A DNA stretch of 64,000 bases from an uncultured delta proteobacterium (GCA_963806225.1 CAWDXG010000001.1:1248001-1312000), one strand, 5' to 3'; shown: positions 31,256 to 45,769, counted from the first letter of the stretch. A program made the numbers and translations. The notes: generated by a model not told the origin, from the sequence alone.

Positions 31256-32739
31256 CGTAGTAGACGCCGGAGCCGCCGCGGTAGGAGCTGCCGCTGGAGT
31301 AGCCACCGCCGCCACCGCCGGCACACGATCCGCACGCGCCGAGCATGCAGATGATGAGGATGATGCTGACGACGAAGACGAGCACGAGCGTGGAGCTGCA
31401 GCCGGTGTTCCCGCCGCCGCCCGCGGCCATCATGCCGCCGCCTGAAGCGCCCTGGAACCGCCCGCCGGGTCCGTCGACGGGCAGGCCGAAGGACTGCGCG
31501 AGCACCGCCCACGGCACCTGCGCCGAATAGGTCCACTTGACCTCGCCGCCCTCGATGACCTCGCGCGACAGCACGTCGGTGCCGTTCACGAAGTCCATGA
31601 CCTGCGAGGTCTCGCCGAGCTGGGCCTTCCAGAACAGCTCGCCGAGCACGTAGTCGAGGCGCGCGTAGTTCTGGTTGCGCAGCGTGAAGTAGCGCCCGCC
31701 CCAGCCGACCTGCTGCGGCATGCCCCCGAGGTCGAGCTCGGCCAGGTTGGCATCTACCACCCACATCCAGCTGGTCTCGTCCTTGACCAGCCAGCGGTAG
31801 CCGACGCTCTGATTCCAGAGGCAGTACTCTTCCCAGGAGAAGGTCTCGCCGTCGAAGTCGGTGCTGCGCCGCATGTAGGCGATGCAGATGTATTCAAGGC
31901 CCTCGAAGGTGCCGCGCGATCCGATCGGGATCTCCGGCATCTGCATCGCGGCCTGCTGCTGCGCGATGACCTGCTGCGCGGCGATGTCGCTGACCGCGCC
32001 ACAGTAGGGGCAGCCGACGCGCTCGGCGCGCTCGCCGCTGAGGCTGGGGATGTCGCCGCCGCAGTTCGGGCACTTGATCTGGTCGAGCTTGACCTTCTGC
32101 TGCGGTGCGCTCGCCCAGCTGCGTGACCTGCATCTGCGTCTCGGCGAAGACCCAGCCGATGAACACCTCGTAGGCGCCGCTGTTGTCGCCGTAGTCGAGC
32201 GTCGCAAACCCGTTGTTCTGCCCGTAGCAGTCGGCGTAGTAGCGGGTGATGCCGGCGGGGATGGCGCCGGGCAGCTCGCCCTCGGCGCTCGTCACCCGCG
32301 CGCTCTTGATCTCGGCGACGCGGAACGTGCCGGCCTCGCCGAGCGGCACGTCCATCTCGATGGCCAGCGCGTTCAGCGGCGGGATGCCGAGCCCCTCGAC
32401 CTTGTTCGTGACGTACCAGTGGCCCTGCGCGAAGGCGAGCCAGCCCCAGGTTTGCCCGTAGTCGAAGGCGACGTAGTACTCGTCCCAGGGACCCGCGCCG
32501 TAGTCGAGCTGCACACGGCCGAGCACCTCGAAGGGGCGGTTCGACAGCGTGCCCTGGTCGCCGACGGCGATCAGCGACGGCGTGTTGGCGAGGTCGGCGA
32601 CCTTGCCCAGATTCTGCAGCCCGCGGTCGGTGCGCAGCACGGTACTGCGGCAGTACGGGCACACCTTGGCCATCGACGAGCCGACGCCGAACTCGATGGG
32701 CGCGCCGCAGCCCGGACAGGACCCCTGGGCAACCGGCAT
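31245..32739 (-). CDS. DUF4178 domain protein with zinc ribbons (frameshift near 32105)
   Basis: CPGCG...CPYC and CPNCG...CPYC ribbons; two WDEYY/WEEYC domains; C-terminal TM and Gly-rich tail ending GGK. Confidence 0.8.
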
Positions 32740-32873
32740 ACGATCACCCAGCGCGCCGGTCGCCCCGGCGACGCAACGTGACAGCTTTCCCGAGCGAGAA
32801 CCGCATCTTCCGACCCGGGGCGGAGCGTAGCAGGAAGCCGCCGTCCGGTTGGAAGGGGGCGGGCCCGCTGCCG

Positions 32874-33840
32874 TCAGTCCCGCGCCGAGAGCGCCTCGGC
32901 GACCAGATCCTCGAGCTCGTCGTCGGCGGGATCGGCCTGCCGCGGCTTGTTGCGGCGCGGAGGAGCCGCCAGCGAGTGCCGCCTCGATGTCGTCGAGGCC
33001 GGCCCCGTCCTTCTTCTGCTTCCGAAGGCGCGCATCAGCCAGGGCCGTGTCTCGCTCGAGCTCGTAGTGGCCGAGCGCGACCAGCTCCGGGGCGCGCTTC
33101 AACGCTTCGACGAGCGCCGGATTGGAGCGGACCAGGTCGCGGGCTTCGCCCAGCGCCGCGCGCTGCGTTGCGCCGAGCTCGCCGAGTGCCCGCTTGAGCG
33201 GGATGGCCGCCCACCGCGCAGAACAGCGAGAACGCGATGGCGAGCTCCGGCGTGCTCAAGGCGCGGTGACCGTCGCGACCGACGGCCCGCCGCAGCTCTT
33301 CGTATAGATGTAGCTGCCCTCGAGCAGCAGCTCGCCGAAGCCGAGCTCGACCGCGCACAGATCGGCGCTCGCCTCGGCCGGTTCTTCGATCGGCGCCTCG
33401 TCGCTTTCCGTTTCACTCAGGAACACGAAGCCCAGCGCTCGGGCGATGTTCGCCGTGAGCACCACCGGGTGGCCGACCTCGAGCGCGGGCACGTTGAGCG
33501 TCCAGCTGTCGCCGTTGTCGACGAGGCGCGTGAGCCCCTCGGCCGTCGGCGCGGGCGCCGAGCAGCACGCGCCGCTGCCGCACGAAGCGCCTTCGTCGTC
33601 CTCCTCGCCTTCCGGCGCGATCACGTGCACGTCGATGGGGATGTCGCTCATGCCGGCGTGCGCCTGCATGCGGCGCACGAGCTTCTCGACGGAGGGCTGG
33701 TCGGTGCTGAAAGCGTCGGGAAAGAACTCGGCCGTAGGCAGCACCATCGGCCGATCGCCGAACTCCTCGCGGCGCCCTTCGAGCAGCCGCGCGATGCGTT
33801 CGACGAGCTCGCGCTGGACGGGCAGGTCAGGCAGCTCCAT
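32874..33840 (-). CDS. Hypothetical protein (frameshifts near 33260 and 32960)
   Basis: Coherent coding frames from MELPDLP to ...DLVAEALSARD*; contains an SCGSGACC motif. Confidence 0.65.
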
Positions 33841-33880
33841 ACCCGGATCGTGGCAGAGCCGGCGGCGGGGGTCCAGCCGG

Positions 33881-34408
33881 TCAGTGCGGCGCGCGTACCC
33901 GGCGGCGGCGCAGATCGCCGCGGCGCACGCGCTCCATCTCGGCGAGGCGCGTGATCACGCCGCGGGAGACGATCTCGAGCACGCGGCGGACGATCTTGTT
34001 GCGCTTGGACGGCGAGCCGCCGAACTCCAGGTGGCTCTTGGCGGTCTTGCCGCTGGGCAGCTTGCCGTAGGCGGTGCAGCGCACGTGCAGTACGCCGTCC
34101 TGCGTCTCGAGCGAGAGCTCGCGCACGAAGAAGCGGTACTCGATGGTGGTGCCGCGGCCCGCGCCCCAGTCGGCGTGGTAGGCGTCGTGGCGCAGGGCGC
34201 GACGCAGGTGCTTCTTGAAGTAGTGCGCGCCCGGGATGTCGTCGGGGAACTCGAGGCGGTCGAGCTTGACCGTGGGGTGGCCCTGCCGGCGCGCAGGCTT
34301 GGTGCTTGCGCCGCGAGCGGGCTCGGCCGACGCCGGCCGCACGGCCGCGGAAAGAAGCCCCGCCACGCAGATCGCGGCGAGCAGGATCCGCATCCTGACC
34401 CTTGTCAT
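33881..34408 (-). CDS. Hypothetical secreted protein
   Basis: Signal peptide ending ASA followed by a basic globular domain. Confidence 0.65.
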   Translation of the reverse strand: MTRVRMRILLAAICVAGLLSAAVRPASAEPARGASTKPARRQGHPTVKLDRLEFPDDIPGAHYFKKHLRRALRHDAYHADWGAGRGTTIEYRFFVRELSLETQDGVLHVRCTAYGKLPSGKTAKSHLEFGGSPSKRNKIVRRVLEIVSRGVITRLAEMERVRRGDLRRRRVRAPH

Positions 34409-34552
34409 GCGCGCCGATTGTGGATTCCTGGAGACAATCCGGCCAAATCGCCTGCAGAAACGCCTCCGGCGCGGCTCACGCGGGGTACCCCTGACGTTCC
34501 GACAGCTGCGGGTTCCCCTTGTGGTGGATAAACCGGACATGGCCGGGCGAGC

Positions 34553-36924
34553 ATGGTGTCCCAGGAGGTTGGCTCGTGGCTCTTCTTGGGGATTGGTGTG
34601 CCCGCGCACTGGTTGTGTCTGTTGGTCTGGCCGCGGGGTGCGGCGGCGGGGGCGGTTCCGCTGCCGATGCGCCGGATGGCTCGGCGCCTGCCGACCTGCC
34701 AGCCCCAGAAGGCCCAGGGCAATCTGTGCAGTGAACAGGCCGGCGTCTACTGCAACGCCGCCAACTGCCGCATCTGCTCGAGTGGCAACTGCGTCGACGG
34801 CTATTGCTGCGACACGGCCTGCAATGGTGCATGCGATGCCTGTTCGGTGGCGACCGGAGCGAACGCCAACGGCACGTGCTCTGTGGTGTCCCCGGGTGCG
34901 CCGGGCAACCCGGCTTGCTCGCCGTACGTGTGCAGCGGTTCAAGCGCCGCGTGCCCCGGCGTGTGCTTGAAGGACGCGGATTGCGACAGCACGCACTATT
35001 GCGCTTCCGACCAGACCTGCGCTCCGCGCAAGGCCCAGGGGCTGAACTGCGACGACGGAGCCGGCGGCGATTGCCAGGTCACCGGTTGCCGCGTCTGCAC
35101 GACGGGCAACTGCGTGGACGGCTACTGCTGTGACACGGCCTGCAGCGGCACCTGCCAGGCGTGCAGCGCCGTCAAGAAGGGCAGCGGCGTCAACGGAACA
35201 TGCGGCGCCGTGGCTTCGAAGACCGATCCGGACAACGAATGCACGGCCGCAGCGGTAGCGGGCTGCGGCGAGAACGGCAACTGCGACGGTGCGGGAGCGT
35301 GCGCGCTGTATGCGTCGGGGACGGTGTGCCAGCCGAAGAGCTGCGCCAACGGTACGACCCAGAACAACGCCGACACCTGTGACGGCAACGGAACCTGCGT
35401 GGACAAGGGCACCACGAGCTGCTCGCCCTACTCGTGCAGCGGCACCTCCTGCGTCGGAGGCAGCTGCAACACCGACGCGGACTGTCAGAGCGGCTACTAC
35501 TGCGGTACCGACGGCCAGTACCACGGGCAGAAGAGCCAGGGCCAGAGCTGCGACCCCGCCGCCGACTGCAAGGGTGGCAGCTGCGGCGTCTGCGCCACCG
35601 GCCACTGCGTCGACGGCGTGTGCTGCGACACGGCGTGCGCCGCCGCGTGCGACGCATGCTCCACCGCGGCCGGGGCGAGCACCAACGGTACGTGCGCCAT
35701 CCTGTCGGCTGGCGCAGCGGGCGCTCCGGCGTGCACGCCGCTCGTCTGCGACGGGTCCAACGCCGCCTGCCCGACGGCGTGCGTCTCCGATGCCGGATGC
35801 GATGCGACGCATTTGCGGCGGACCAGACCTGCAAGCCGAAGAAGGTCCAGGGCTCCTTGTGCGACAAGTCGGCCGGCGGAGACTGCTTCAACACCGGCTG
35901 CGGCGTGTGCCAGACGGGCAACTGCGTCGACGGCTTCTGCTGCGACACGGCGTGCAGCGGTGCGTGCCAGTCCTGTAGCAGCGCCGCGAAGGGGGCCGGC
36001 AACAACGGAGAGTGCGGCGCCGTCGCCGACCGCACCGATCCCGACGGCGATTGTTCGCCGTACACGTGTACGGCCGGAGCGTGCGGGACCGGTTGCACCG
36101 CCGACGCCGATTGCGGCTCGGGCAAGGCGTGTGTCACCGCGACGGGCCAGTGTGTGACGCCGGCGGCGCAGGGCACGCAGTGCTCCGTGAAGGAGGAGTG
36201 CCAGTCCGGCTTCTGCGTGGACGGCGTGTGCTGCGACACCGCCTGCACCGGGCAGTGCGAGGCGTGCAACGCCGCCACTCCCGGAACGTGCGTCGGCATC
36301 GACGGCAACCCCCACGGGAAGCGACCCGCGTGCGGCAGCGATGGCAGCAACTGCGCCGGCACCTGCAAGAGCCAGAACCGCGCCCAGTGCACGTATCCGG
36401 CTTCCGGGAATGCCTGCGGCTCTCCGACCTGTACGAATGGTACGGCCGAGACCTTCGCCTGCGACGGGCAGGGAACGTGCGCGGCGCAGAGCACCAAGGA
36501 CTGCAGCCCATACGTGTGCGACGCAACAGAATGCAAGACCGCCTGTACCTCCAACGCCGACTGCACGCAGGGCTACGGTTGTTCCGCGGACGGCAAGTGT
36601 GTGCCGACCGGCAACTCGAAGTGCTCGAAAGACCTGTCGGAGGAGCAGACACCTACGGGAACGAAGGCCTGCGACGCGTTCCTGTGCAACCCGGCCAGTG
36701 GAACCTGTCGCGAGGTGTGTTCCGCTTCCGACCAGTGCGCGACGGGGTACGTGTGCAACCCGACGACCAAGACGTGCGTGAAGCAGGGCGGCGGCGCGAG
36801 CGGCCAGGATCAGGGCGGCTGCGGGTGCCGCACGGCGGGACGCCGGCAGGGCGGTGGGGCGCCGGTGCTCGCGCTGCTCTCGCTCCTGCTGCTCGGTGCC
36901 TACCGGCGCCGGGATCGGGTCTGA
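34553..36924 (+). CDS. Cys-rich repeat surface protein with MYXO-CTERM-type sorting tail (frameshifts; start uncertain)
   Basis: Five GxCVDGxCCDTAC repeats; C-terminal GGCGCRTAG...LALLSLLLLGAYRRR. Confidence 0.85.
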
Positions 36925-37063
36925 CGCGGGCGAGCGGCGCCCTTCTGCCGGCTCCCAAAAGCCCCGGGGGCCGGAGTTCCATCGGCGAATCGGGTCAAAT
37001 CGCCCGCGGCCGACCGGCGGCGACCTTTACGCGCCCCCCCGGCCGGCGCTACATCCCCGCCTG

Positions 37064-38754
37064 ATGGCTTCCGGGATCGCCGCCGACCGCCCCGACGTGG
37101 ACGTGATCGTCATCGGCGGCGGGGTCAACGGCACCGGCGTGGCGCGCGACTGCGCGCTGCGCGGCATGCGCGTCGCTCTGTTCGAGCGCAACGACATCGC
37201 CTTCGGTGCGAGCGGCAACTCGAGCGGCATGATCCACGGCGGGCCGCGCTACCTGACCTACGACCCGGACGTGACCTACACGTCGTGCCTCGACTCCGGG
37301 CACATCCAGCACATCGCGCCGCACCTGCTTGTTCCGCATCCCGTTCCTGATGCCGATCCACCGCATGCGGATCGGCTCGAAAGTGGCGCTTGACGCTGTT
37401 CGACGCGTTCTTCGATCTGTACGACAAATACCAGCCCCTCAAGCACGGCAAGCCGCACGTGCGGCTCGATCCCGACGACATGCGCAAGCTCGAGCCGGGG
37501 CTCATGGGCGACCTGGTGGGCGGCGTGAGCTTCGACGAGTGGGGCATCGACGGCGCGCGGCTGTGCATCGGAAGCGCGGTGGACGCCATCGAGCGCGGCG
37601 CGGAAGTGCGCGTGCACACGACCGTGACCGAGTTGCTCCGGCATGACGACGGTTCGGTGTACGGGGTCCGCTACCGCGACCGCACGACGGGCGAGGCCGG
37701 CGCGCGCACGGCCCGCGTCGTGGTCAACGCCACCGGCGCCTGGGCGCCGATCACCGGCGACGCTCGGCGGGCTCGAAGCCGAAGGCCGCGCGCGTGCGCC
37801 CCGGCAAGGGGATCCACGTGTTCATGGATCGGCGGCTGACGAACTACGCGGTGGTGGCGCGCGCCATCGACGGTCGCCAGGTGTTCCTGCAGCCGTGGCA
37901 GAACATGAGCGTCATCGGCACCACCGACGACGACTACTACGGCGACCTCGACGAGGTGGTCGCGACCGGCGACGAGGTCCGCTATCTGGTGCAGGCCGTG
38001 GAGCGGGTGTTCCCGTCGGTGCGGCAGGCGCGCATCATCGGCACCTGGGGCGGCGTCAGACCCACGCTCTACGCCTGGGGCCCGAACGAGGACCAGCTCT
38101 CGCGCGAGCACGAGATCATCGACCACGAAGAGCACGGCGCCGATGGTCTGTACTCGATGGTAGGCGGCAAGCTCGCGAGCTACCGCATCTTCTCCGAGGA
38201 GATGACCGACGTCGTTGCCAAGCGGCTCGGCAACAGCGCGGAGTGCCGCACGCACCTGTTGCCGCTGCCCGGCGGCGACGAGCAGCTCGACCCGATGCAG
38301 CTCGTCGAGCGCGGGCACCTCGGTCCGGTGACGGCCAAGCGGCTCGAATACCGCCACGGCAGCCGCAGCCTGCGCGTGCTCGAGCGCATCTTCAAGCGAG
38401 CCGCGCGAAGCGGCGGTGGTGTGCGAGTGCGAGCCCGTCACCGAAGCCGAGGTGCGCTACGTCGTGGAAAACGAGCTGGCCCAGGACGTCGACGACGTGT
38501 CGCGCCGCACGCGGCTCGGGCTCGGCGCCTGCGGCGGCATGCGCTGCGCGGCGCGCTGCGGGCAGATCGTGGCCCAGATGACCGGTCGCTCGCCGCGCGA
38601 CGGCCACCGCATGGCGCTCTCGTTCCTCGAGGGCGCTGCGCGCCGGCGCGTGTGCGGCATCGGCCCGCAGCAGGCGCAGCAGGAGGCGCTCTCCATGGCC
38701 GTGCTTCGCGCCGAGCTCGGCAGAGGGCGGCCCGACGACGAGGCCGGCTTGTGA
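37064..38754 (+). CDS. glpA: FAD-dependent glycerol-3-phosphate dehydrogenase subunit A-like with BFD-like Fe-S domain (several frameshifts)
   Basis: IGGGVNG, SSGMIHGGPRYL, NATGAW, RPGKG, GTTD, GVRP, GGKLASYR, VCECE and RTRLGLGACGG..C. Confidence 0.85.
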
Positions 38755-39923
38755 AGCTCGTCGTGATCGGAGCAGGAGCAGCCGGCGTCGCGGCCGCGTG
38801 GCGCGCCGCCCGGAGTGCGGACGTGACTCTGGTGCATGACACGGCGGGCGCGACGTCGCTCTACCCCGGCGCCGTGGATCTGCTCGAGTGGGACGACCCG
38901 CGCCCGGCTCCGCCCCTGGACGCTCCAAGCAGCGAGCTGGCCGGGAAGCTGTGGCGGCTCGGCGAGCCGGCATGTCGCGTGGCGACGGGCGCCGGCGTGC
39001 TGCGCCCCGCGCGTGGGATCGATCCGGCGCTGCTCGATCTGGCGCCGCTTGCCGGCCGTCACGTGGCCGTGGCCGACGTCGGTCGCGATGCGTGGGACGC
39101 GGCGCTGGTGGCGCGCGCGCTCGCGGACTCCGCGTGGGCGCGCCAGACGAAGACGCGCTTCTCCGTCGTCGAGGTCGCGGCGCTGCGCCATACGCACGAG
39201 CGGTTCATCCCGGCGTGGGATTTCGCAGAGCTGCACGACGATCCCGACCGCCGCGCCTGGCTCTGCGAGCGCATTGGACGCGCGCACAGCGACGCGGACG
39301 CGTGGTTGTTCGGGCCCTGGCTCGGCGTGGAGCCGGGCTCGGCCGCGGCGCTCCGTGAAGCGCTGAGGCGTCCGGTGGGCGAGACCACCTCGCCGCCGGG
39401 CGGCGCGGCCGGCACGCGCTTCGAACGCGCGCGCGCCGCGCTGCTGGCCGAGGCCGGCGTGGTGGTGCTCGAGGCCCGCGCGCGCTCGGTGGCTCCGGAC
39501 GGAAACGGCTGGCGCGTCGAGCTCGGCCCGGCGCGGAGCGGCTCCGGTGCCGACGAGGCGCTTCAGGCCGACGCCGCGGTGCTCGCCGTGGGCGGCGTGG
39601 CAGCCGGGGGCATCGTGCTCGACGAGCCGCGCGCCGGACATCGAGGCGGTGCGTCGTACCACCTGTCGCTGCGCGCGCCGGTGCGCTTCGAGCTCGACGG
39701 CGAGGAGCTCGACGGCGTCTCGTCGCTCCACGGTGTGGACTTCGAGGCGCGCGGTCTGGGGGCGCTCGCGCGCGTCGGCGTGCTCGCGCGGGGAGGGCTG
39801 GTGAGCGGACAGCGGGGCTTGTTTGTCGCGGGCGACGCTCGGGCCGGTGGCCCGCGCACCGCGCTCGAAGCCGTGCGCACCGGGATTTCCGCGGCGGACG
39901 CGGCGCTCGCCGACAGCGCGTGA
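38751..39923 (+). CDS. glpB: GlpB-like FAD-binding subunit
   Basis: VVIGAGAAG, GATSLYPGAVD, GETTSPPG..G.R, LAVGGVAAGGI, LFVAGD; overlaps the glpA stop. Confidence 0.7.
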   Translation: MKLVVIGAGAAGVAAAWRAARSADVTLVHDTAGATSLYPGAVDLLEWDDPRPAPPLDAPSSELAGKLWRLGEPACRVATGAGVLRPARGIDPALLDLAPLAGRHVAVADVGRDAWDAALVARALADSAWARQTKTRFSVVEVAALRHTHERFIPAWDFAELHDDPDRRAWLCERIGRAHSDADAWLFGPWLGVEPGSAAALREALRRPVGETTSPPGGAAGTRFERARAALLAEAGVVVLEARARSVAPDGNGWRVELGPARSGSGADEALQADAAVLAVGGVAAGGIVLDEPRAGHRGGASYHLSLRAPVRFELDGEELDGVSSLHGVDFEARGLGALARVGVLARGGLVSGQRGLFVAGDARAGGPRTALEAVRTGISAADAALADSA

Positions 39924-39989
39924 CGGCGGGCAGCCGGCGCCCGGGCGGCCGTTGCGCGGATCGCGGCGATGCGGTACTTCGGCCCGACC

Positions 39990-42755
<2,766 letters not shown>

Positions 42756-42758
<3 letters not shown>

Positions 42759-42809
42759 CTGTTGGCTATTGCGCAAAGCGCTCACCCAACAGCTAACAGC
42801 TAACAGCTA
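42756..42809. terminator. Hairpin with heptamer repeats between convergent acnA and gspC (possible bidirectional terminator)
   Basis: TAGCTGTTGG (42756-42765) pairs with CCAACAGCTA (42786-42795); (AACAGCT)x3 at 42788-42808. Confidence 0.55.
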
Positions 42810-43796
42810 CTTCACGTGGAAGTCGATGGCCGAGGCCTTGCCGCCTCGCTTGATCTTGACGCTGATGTTGGAGGCGGTGCGCAGGCGCGCGTAGGCCTGC
42901 AGCGCCTTCTCGGGGCTCGACAGATTGAAGCCGTTGATCGAGTCGATGCGGTCGCCGTTCTTGAAGCCGAGCTTGCCGAGCAACGTGTCGGGACGGACGT
43001 TGAGCACGCGGATGCCAGCGACGTGGCCGTTTTTCTGGTCGGGTGAGACCCGCACGGAGTGCATCAGCTGCGCGTGCTGGGCGAGGATCATGTCGATGGC
43101 GCTGCGATCCACGTCGAACTCGTTCGGGCCGATCTTCTTGATCTTCTGTGCGATCTTCGCCGGCAGCTTCGGAGGGCCGCGCCTGCGCGTGCGTCCTTTC
43201 TTCCGGGGCTTTCTGTGTGCTTGCGGCTTGGGGCGGCGCGCCTTGGGTTTCTCTTTCGAGAACAGGATGCTCTGGCACAGGTTGCCGTTTCCCGTGAGCC
43301 AGACCGACGGGCTGTGCTTCTCGGGGTTATCGCCGATGTAGGCGATCGTCTTCGCTGCAACCGAGTCACCGACGCGACGCAGCTTCCCGTGGGGCTCGCC
43401 GGGACCCTGCACCATCGCCATCGACCACATTGGGTTTTTGGCCACGGTGGTGCCGTGGACCTGCACGCCGTCGCATTTGGGGGCGGCGAGCGGATCGACG
43501 AGCGGGCCTGGCTTCGCGGTGCGGGCGTCTCCGGTGGGCTGATCCAGCAGCGAGCCGGTCACCGAGTCGAATGGATTGCGCTTCAGGATCGGTCGTCCGC
43601 TCTGGTCGCGGGGCGAGCCCGTCGCTGGCGCGGGCGGTGCCGGGGCGCTGGCCGTGCGCGCCAGCGCTTTGCCGCTCGCGCTGAGCGCGCTGCCGACAAG
43701 CGCAGAGATGCCGTCGGCCTGGAAGTAGGCCGCGATCGCGAGCAATCCCAGCACAGCCAGCCAGAATCGCTGCTTGAGCACCCGATCGAACTGCAT
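42807..43796 (-). CDS. gspC: Type II secretion system protein GspC (PDZ)
   Basis: N-terminal TM, RNPFDS, HR-like domain, C-terminal PDZ (LGFKNGDRIDSING...PEKALQAY). Confidence 0.85.
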   Translation of the reverse strand: MQFDRVLKQRFWLAVLGLLAIAAYFQADGISALVGSALSASGKALARTASAPAPPAPATGSPRDQSGRPILKRNPFDSVTGSLLDQPTGDARTAKPGPLVDPLAAPKCDGVQVHGTTVAKNPMWSMAMVQGPGEPHGKLRRVGDSVAAKTIAYIGDNPEKHSPSVWLTGNGNLCQSILFSKEKPKARRPKPQAHRKPRKKGRTRRRGPPKLPAKIAQKIKKIGPNEFDVDRSAIDMILAQHAQLMHSVRVSPDQKNGHVAGIRVLNVRPDTLLGKLGFKNGDRIDSINGFNLSSPEKALQAYARLRTASNISVKIKRGGKASAIDFHVK

Positions 43797-43980
43797 AAAA
43801 CCCGCAAGGAGACACGGCCTGCGCCCAGGCCGCGCGTCATCCAGCGCTCTCCGACCCTAACGGTCATGGCGCGCGCCTGCAAACCGGGGGGCGCGCGGTA
43901 TCCGCTGTACGCCGGAGCGGCGGCGCGCATTCCTGGCTGTCCGGGGTGTCGAGCCCGGTGTTCCAGTGCGATAGCCCAGG

Positions 43981-45369
43981 CTAGCGCTTGACGAGCACTC
44001 CCTGCAGGATCTGGTAGCCGATGCTGAGCGCCAGATCCGCGCCGCCGCTGGGGTTTTCGGGGACCTCGCGGGCGACGCCGAGGTGGGTCTGCTCGTCCTC
44101 GGAACTGCCGCCGTCGCCCTCGGCCTTCGCGCCCGCGTCCTGACTGGCGGAGGCCTCGATGGGCGCTCCCGCATCGGCGGACACGCCGGCGCCCGGTGGG
44201 CCCTGCGCCGGCAGGTGGTTTTCGAGATCGCTCTCGCGGACGACGCCGAAGCTCTTGTCCGGCGCGCGTGATGCCGCGACCTTCACGTTGGGCACGACGC
44301 CCTGCGCCTGGATCGAACGCCCGCTGGGTGTGTAGTAGCGCATCGTCGTCAGTCTGAGGCCAGCACCTCCGGGCAGATCCAGAATGGTCTGTACCGAACC
44401 TTTGCCGAAGGTGCGCGCCCCGACCAGCGTGCCGCGGTGCTGGTCCTGCAGCGCGCCAGCCACCAGCTCGGCTGCGCTGGCGCTGTACTCGTTGACCAGC
44501 ACCACGAGCGGGCCGCGTCGGAGCGCGCCGGTGTCGCCGGCGCGCACCTCGTCCACGATCCTGCCGCGGTGGCGCGTGGTGTAGATGACGCCGCTCGTCA
44601 AGAACTCGTCGGCGACTGCGCTGGCTTCGTTCACCAGACCGCCGGGATTGTTGCGCAGGTCGAGCAGGGTGCCGCGCAGATCGCCGTGGGCCTTGTTCCG
44701 GAGCTTGGCGACCGCGGTGAGCAGCTCGTCGTGGGTTCCCTCCTGGAACTGCTTGATGCGGATATAGGCGATGTTCCCGTCGAGCAGCTTGTCCGCCACG
44801 CTGGAGACTTGGATGATCTCGCGCGTCAGCGTGAAGTACAGGAGCTTGTCGCTCCCGTTGCGCCGCACCGTCACGACGACCTTGGTTCCGGGAGGCCCGC
44901 GCATGATGCGGACCAGCTCGTCGGGGCTCTTGCCGCGCACGCTCTGGTTGTCGATGGCGATGATGCGATCGCCGGGCTTGATTCCGGCGTGGTCGGCCGG
45001 TGAGCCCTCGATCGGAGCGATCACCGTCACGTGGTCTTCCTGGAAGTCGACCTCCACGCCGATGCCGCCGAAGTGCCCCTCGGTGTCGGACTCGAAGATC
45101 TTGTAGTCCTCCGGGGGCATGTAGTCCGAGTGCGGGTCGAGCTCGGCGACCATGCCCTTGATCGCGCCCTCGACCAGCCGCCGCCGATCGACCGGCTCGA
45201 CGTAGTCGTTCTCGATCAGCACCAGCACCCGCGACATCTGCTGGAGCATGTCGTACGGGCTGTCCGCACCCGTGCGCGCCACCGCCAGGTTCGTGGCAAA
45301 GGCCCCGCCCGTGAAGGCGACGGCAGTCAGGAGGAGAGGTCGGAGCAGCGCTCGCGTTCGGGGACCCAT
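43981..45369 (-). CDS. S41 family C-terminal processing protease
   Basis: LDPHS, GGIGV PDZ, LDLRNNPGG, SASAAELVAGALQD, TFGKGSVQ. Confidence 0.95.
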   Translation of the reverse strand: MGPRTRALLRPLLLTAVAFTGGAFATNLAVARTGADSPYDMLQQMSRVLVLIENDYVEPVDRRRLVEGAIKGMVAELDPHSDYMPPEDYKIFESDTEGHFGGIGVEVDFQEDHVTVIAPIEGSPADHAGIKPGDRIIAIDNQSVRGKSPDELVRIMRGPPGTKVVVTVRRNGSDKLLYFTLTREIIQVSSVADKLLDGNIAYIRIKQFQEGTHDELLTAVAKLRNKAHGDLRGTLLDLRNNPGGLVNEASAVADEFLTSGVIYTTRHRGRIVDEVRAGDTGALRRGPLVVLVNEYSASAAELVAGALQDQHRGTLVGARTFGKGSVQTILDLPGGAGLRLTTMRYYTPSGRSIQAQGVVPNVKVAASRAPDKSFGVVRESDLENHLPAQGPPGAGVSADAGAPIEASASQDAGAKAEGDGGSSEDEQTHLGVAREVPENPSGGADLALSIGYQILQGVLVKR

Positions 45370-45541
45370 GCCCGAAGGTATAGCCCGGCCCTGGGTTTTC
45401 GGGATTTTCCCGGCGCGCGCGCGGTGGAGGCCCGATGGCCGGCGCCGGGGACAACCCGATTGATTTCAGGGTCCTGTAGGTGGTAGTAACGAAATGCGCG
45501 GTGTCCGGCGACACCCGCCTACACCGTGGCGAGGTCCGGCT

Positions 45542-45769
45542 GTGGCCGACAAGGACGAATCGAGCAACAAGACGGGCAGCGACAAGCGCAAGCAGAGCCT
45601 CTATTTCCCCGAGGCCATGCTGCAGGAAATCAAGGACGAGGCGGCGCGGCTGGACCGTTCGCTGTCCTGGATCGTGCAGCGGGCATGGAAGATGGCTCGC
45701 CTCGAGATCAAGAAGATCCCGAGTGTCAACGACATCGGCGACGAGGAAGAAGACTCCAGTAGCGGCTGA
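45542..45769 (+). CDS. Small myxobacterial protein (TIGR04563-like, ribbon-helix-helix-like)
   Basis: DKRKQSLYFPEAML.EI..EAARLDRSLSWIVQRAW. Confidence 0.8.
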   Translation: MADKDESSNKTGSDKRKQSLYFPEAMLQEIKDEAARLDRSLSWIVQRAWKMARLEIKKIPSVNDIGDEEEDSSSG

